64,000 nucleotides of DNA. It comes from an uncultured bacterium. Lineage in GTDB: Bacteria; Bacteroidota; Bacteroidia; Bacteroidales; CAIXTV01. Where the stretch lies: NCBI GenBank assembly GCA_903922465.1, contig CAIXTV010000067.1, positions 216 to 64,215 on the forward strand. The letters are read 5' to 3'. A program made the translations under genes and the position numbers. Within the stretch, counting starts at the first letter, position 1. Every line of letters begins with the position of its first letter. Of the stretch, positions 61,598-64,000 are shown one piece after another. Below the pieces are notes generated by a model that did no database searches, was not told the DNA's origin, and saw only the letters and a list, made by a program, of their open reading frames with translations.

Positions 61598-61702
61598 CAA
61601 AAGTAATTTATTTTCTTTAACTCAGATGAATATGCCTCTAATTGTTGATTTTCTTTTATTTCGTAATCAAATGATGAAGTATAGAATTTTTGTATAGCTT
61701 TG
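61598..61702. promoter_or_regulatory. Divergent promoter region
   Basis: TACTTTTG on minus (61598-61605) and TAGCTTTG on plus (61695-61702). Confidence 0.55.
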
Positions 61703-61733
61703 TAATGAAATTCTTCTTTAAAATAATAAGATT

Positions 61734-62111
61734 ATGAATGATAATATCAGTACCAATAAGTTCGAACATTTGTTTCTGAATTATAAAATTTGGTTTGAAA
61801 CCGAAGATCACAAAGGGATTTTGGGCGATGGCAAATGGAAGTTGCTTAAGATGATAGAGCAGACCGGCTCATTAAAAGAAGCTATAGAACAATCGGGTTT
61901 GTCGTATCGGAAAACCTGGAATAACTTAAGAAAGATTGAAAAGCTATTGGGTTTTCCTATTCTTGACACTTCGAGGGGTGGCCCTGAGGGGGGCAGTACT
62001 TATTTAACCGAAGAAGGTAAACGTATTATACGTTTGTTCGACGAATTTCACACAGAAGTGGATAGTCTTATGCTAAATGCTTTTGAAAAGTTTCAAGAAA
62101 AATTAAAATAA
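61734..62111 (+). CDS. ModE N-terminal-like winged-helix regulator
   Basis: ILGDGKW.LL..IEQTGSL..A....GLSYRKTW...RGG..GGST.LT.EG; no molybdate-binding domains. Confidence 0.85.
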   Translation: MNDNISTNKFEHLFLNYKIWFETEDHKGILGDGKWKLLKMIEQTGSLKEAIEQSGLSYRKTWNNLRKIEKLLGFPILDTSRGGPEGGSTYLTEEGKRIIRLFDEFHTEVDSLMLNAFEKFQEKLK

Positions 62112-62152
62112 TTTCGAGAGTCGACATATTTATGTCGCGAAATGGCAGATTT

Positions 62153-62194
62153 CAATCCACAGTGGGTAGATAAATTTCTGCCCACTGTGGATTG
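62153..62194. terminator. Bidirectional hairpin between convergent genes
   Basis: caatccacagtgggtaga / tctgcccactgtggattg 18-bp stem. Confidence 0.75.
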
Positions 62195-62211
62195 CTGACT
62201 GCCCAATTGTT

Positions 62212-63999
62212 TTAAAACTTATAGCACTCCATTTTCATGGCATCTTTCATATAATAAAGTTTTCCTTCTACCATATCGACATCATAAATTGGGTCTTTAT
62301 CTTTCCCAATTTGAATGGTGTTGAGGGTTTCGCCTGTGGCTTTGCTCACCTGAATCAACTTAATGTCTTTTGAAGAAACGGCTGTCATGATAAGCATATA
62401 GTTTGGGGTTTCGGAGGTGGCTTTGAAGCGTTGATTGGCTTGTTTAATGAAGCTTGCTGTGTAGGATGCTCCGCTAAGGCTTGCTTCGCCAAACATCACT
62501 GAAGCCCCGGCTGTTGTTCCTTTTGCAATTTTCGAATCGGTGTCTTTTACTTTTATGGATTGCGATGCTGCTCCGCAGGCCATGGATGTAGCTGTGAAGG
62601 CTGCTGTGTAGAATGAGGCTCGCACGGCAGAGGCAATGAGTAAAGCTTTACGAAAACCTGAAACTCCGGGGGCAGGGAAGTACTGATTGAATTTAATGTT
62701 CCCCTGAAAATCAATCAAAGCAATGTTTTGATCTGATTTAATTAGAATGCCATTATCGGTAACTTCAATAGTTTTTGGATCTTCTTTTCCGCTAAACTTC
62801 AGGGGAAGCGTATTTACGGCTTTAAGACTGGTCCCGCCGATTTCCATTTGGTATAGCAAACCATCTTTGGTATTGAAAATAAATTCTTTTTCGTTGTTGC
62901 TTGCTATGAGGCCGGCTCCGCCCTTTAAAGATTTCTCGAAGAACCATTCGCCGGAAGTGGTGTTCAGAAGGTTGACTTCTTCGTCGCTACCCACGAGTAT
63001 GCCTCCCGATAATATTTCGGTGTAAGAAACTATGCCGCCTAATTTAGCTGCTTTTTCGAAGGTGAAGGCTGCTGTTGAAGGGTCGAGCATGGTGATGCTG
63101 CTGTTGCTTCCTCTTTCGCTTACCACTAGCACTTTCCCACCATTCAAAGGAGCCATGCCGGTGGCAGGACCTTTCAAACTTAGGCCTCTGCCTTTTTTTC
63201 CGAGTAGGGTGGTTCCGTCGTCATACTTCAACATATTGATATTGCCGTTGTTTGATGAGCATACAATGAGTCCTTCGGGAGCTGCGTAGGAAACGCCCAA
63301 TGGGTCTTGCAATTCGACAACGCCTTTCCATTTGTGGTCGCCACTTGCCAAATCGAAAGCCATATAAACTGAATGGTAGGTGATGGTGGTGGTGGTTTTT
63401 CCTTTCGAATCGGTTGATTGGGATTGGATTTTCTTTTGTGCGGCTATCATAAACATATCGGGACGGCTTTCGGGAATGATAAGTTGTGCCACCAAGTCGT
63501 CTTTTGTAAGCATTTTTGTTGCAAATCCTTCGAGCATGCTGAATAGCATAGCCATGTTTGCTGTCTTTGGGTCGATGGCTTTCTTCCAAATTTCTTCGCC
63601 TGTCGAAGTTTTAAGTTTCATGGCGTAGAAGGCTGAGGTAATTAGCACCTCATCATTACCCAAATCTTTAACGCCTGAAGTAAGGCTAAAGCCTCCACTT
63701 TTCGACCAGAGTTTTTTGCCTGTATTCATGTCCACCATTACCAATTCGACATTTTTGCTGCCGTTAGGCAAGCCGATTATCATGATTTTGTTGTTTTTAT
63801 ACAGGAAATATTTATCGTTTACTTGCTGAAGTCCTGCTTCTTTCGAACTAAAAAGCACTTTTCCCTCGAAAGGGTTGATGATGTAGAGGCTTTTATCCAT
63901 GCCTGAGATTGAAATAAAAGGGGAATTGCTCACTGTTTCGAAAGATGATTCGGGAGCGTTTTTCAATTCGGTGAGGGTCCAAAGTTCGTCGCCTGTGTT
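62212..63999 (-). CDS. PQQ-like beta-propeller repeat protein, 5'-truncated by window edge
   Basis: Repeated D..TG...W blades; frame open to window end. Confidence 0.72.
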   Translation of the reverse strand, partial: NTGDELWTLTELKNAPESSFETVSNSPFISISGMDKSLYIINPFEGKVLFSSKEAGLQQVNDKYFLYKNNKIMIIGLPNGSKNVELVMVDMNTGKKLWSKSGGFSLTSGVKDLGNDEVLITSAFYAMKLKTSTGEEIWKKAIDPKTANMAMLFSMLEGFATKMLTKDDLVAQLIIPESRPDMFMIAAQKKIQSQSTDSKGKTTTTITYHSVYMAFDLASGDHKWKGVVELQDPLGVSYAAPEGLIVCSSNNGNINMLKYDDGTTLLGKKGRGLSLKGPATGMAPLNGGKVLVVSERGSNSSITMLDPSTAAFTFEKAAKLGGIVSYTEILSGGILVGSDEEVNLLNTTSGEWFFEKSLKGGAGLIASNNEKEFIFNTKDGLLYQMEIGGTSLKAVNTLPLKFSGKEDPKTIEVTDNGILIKSDQNIALIDFQGNIKFNQYFPAPGVSGFRKALLIASAVRASFYTAAFTATSMACGAASQSIKVKDTDSKIAKGTTAGASVMFGEASLSGASYTASFIKQANQRFKATSETPNYMLIMTAVSSKDIKLIQVSKATGETLNTIQIGKDKDPIYDVDMVEGKLYYMKDAMKMECYKF

Positions 64000-64000
64000 G

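Overview
Chromosomal segment of an AT-rich Bacteroidota (probably anaerobic Bacteroidales-like) bacterium. Evidence for this: TAnnTTTG -7 promoter boxes, a T9SS cargo protein, a TonB receptor, a fused E1 dehydrogenase and Bacteroidota-type argS/hisS. Housekeeping genes are hisS (partial), tRNA-Gly(CCC), an ABC-F ATPase, gpmA, two tandem lgt, an envC-like gene, mce, pyrB/pyrI, argS, dtd and rsgA. Accessory blocks: (i) two tandem YD-repeat/BCS1-like AAA ATPase fusions; (ii) an anaerobic purine-degradation-type operon (two PLP enzymes, Se-dependent XDH-like, SsnA-like) plus a distant hydA; (iii) a Wbp-type diacetamido-uronic acid cluster; (iv) a ModE-like regulator divergent from an operon encoding a TiaS-N-like enzyme, an ECF-S-like protein, a lipoprotein, a TonB receptor and a T9SS cargo. 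The most striking non-coding signal is six sequence-unrelated intergenic tandem arrays that all use a 21-bp unit. Three lie about 80-140 bp upstream of small helical/Ig(FN3)-type genes, one intact and two decayed. Other anomalies: a ~170-bp inverted dispersed repeat bracketing 7 kb, a 58-bp diverged envC remnant, heptamer-repeat relics, an in-frame TGA and a 1-nt frameshift. All assignments come from manual motif reading; no database searches were run.
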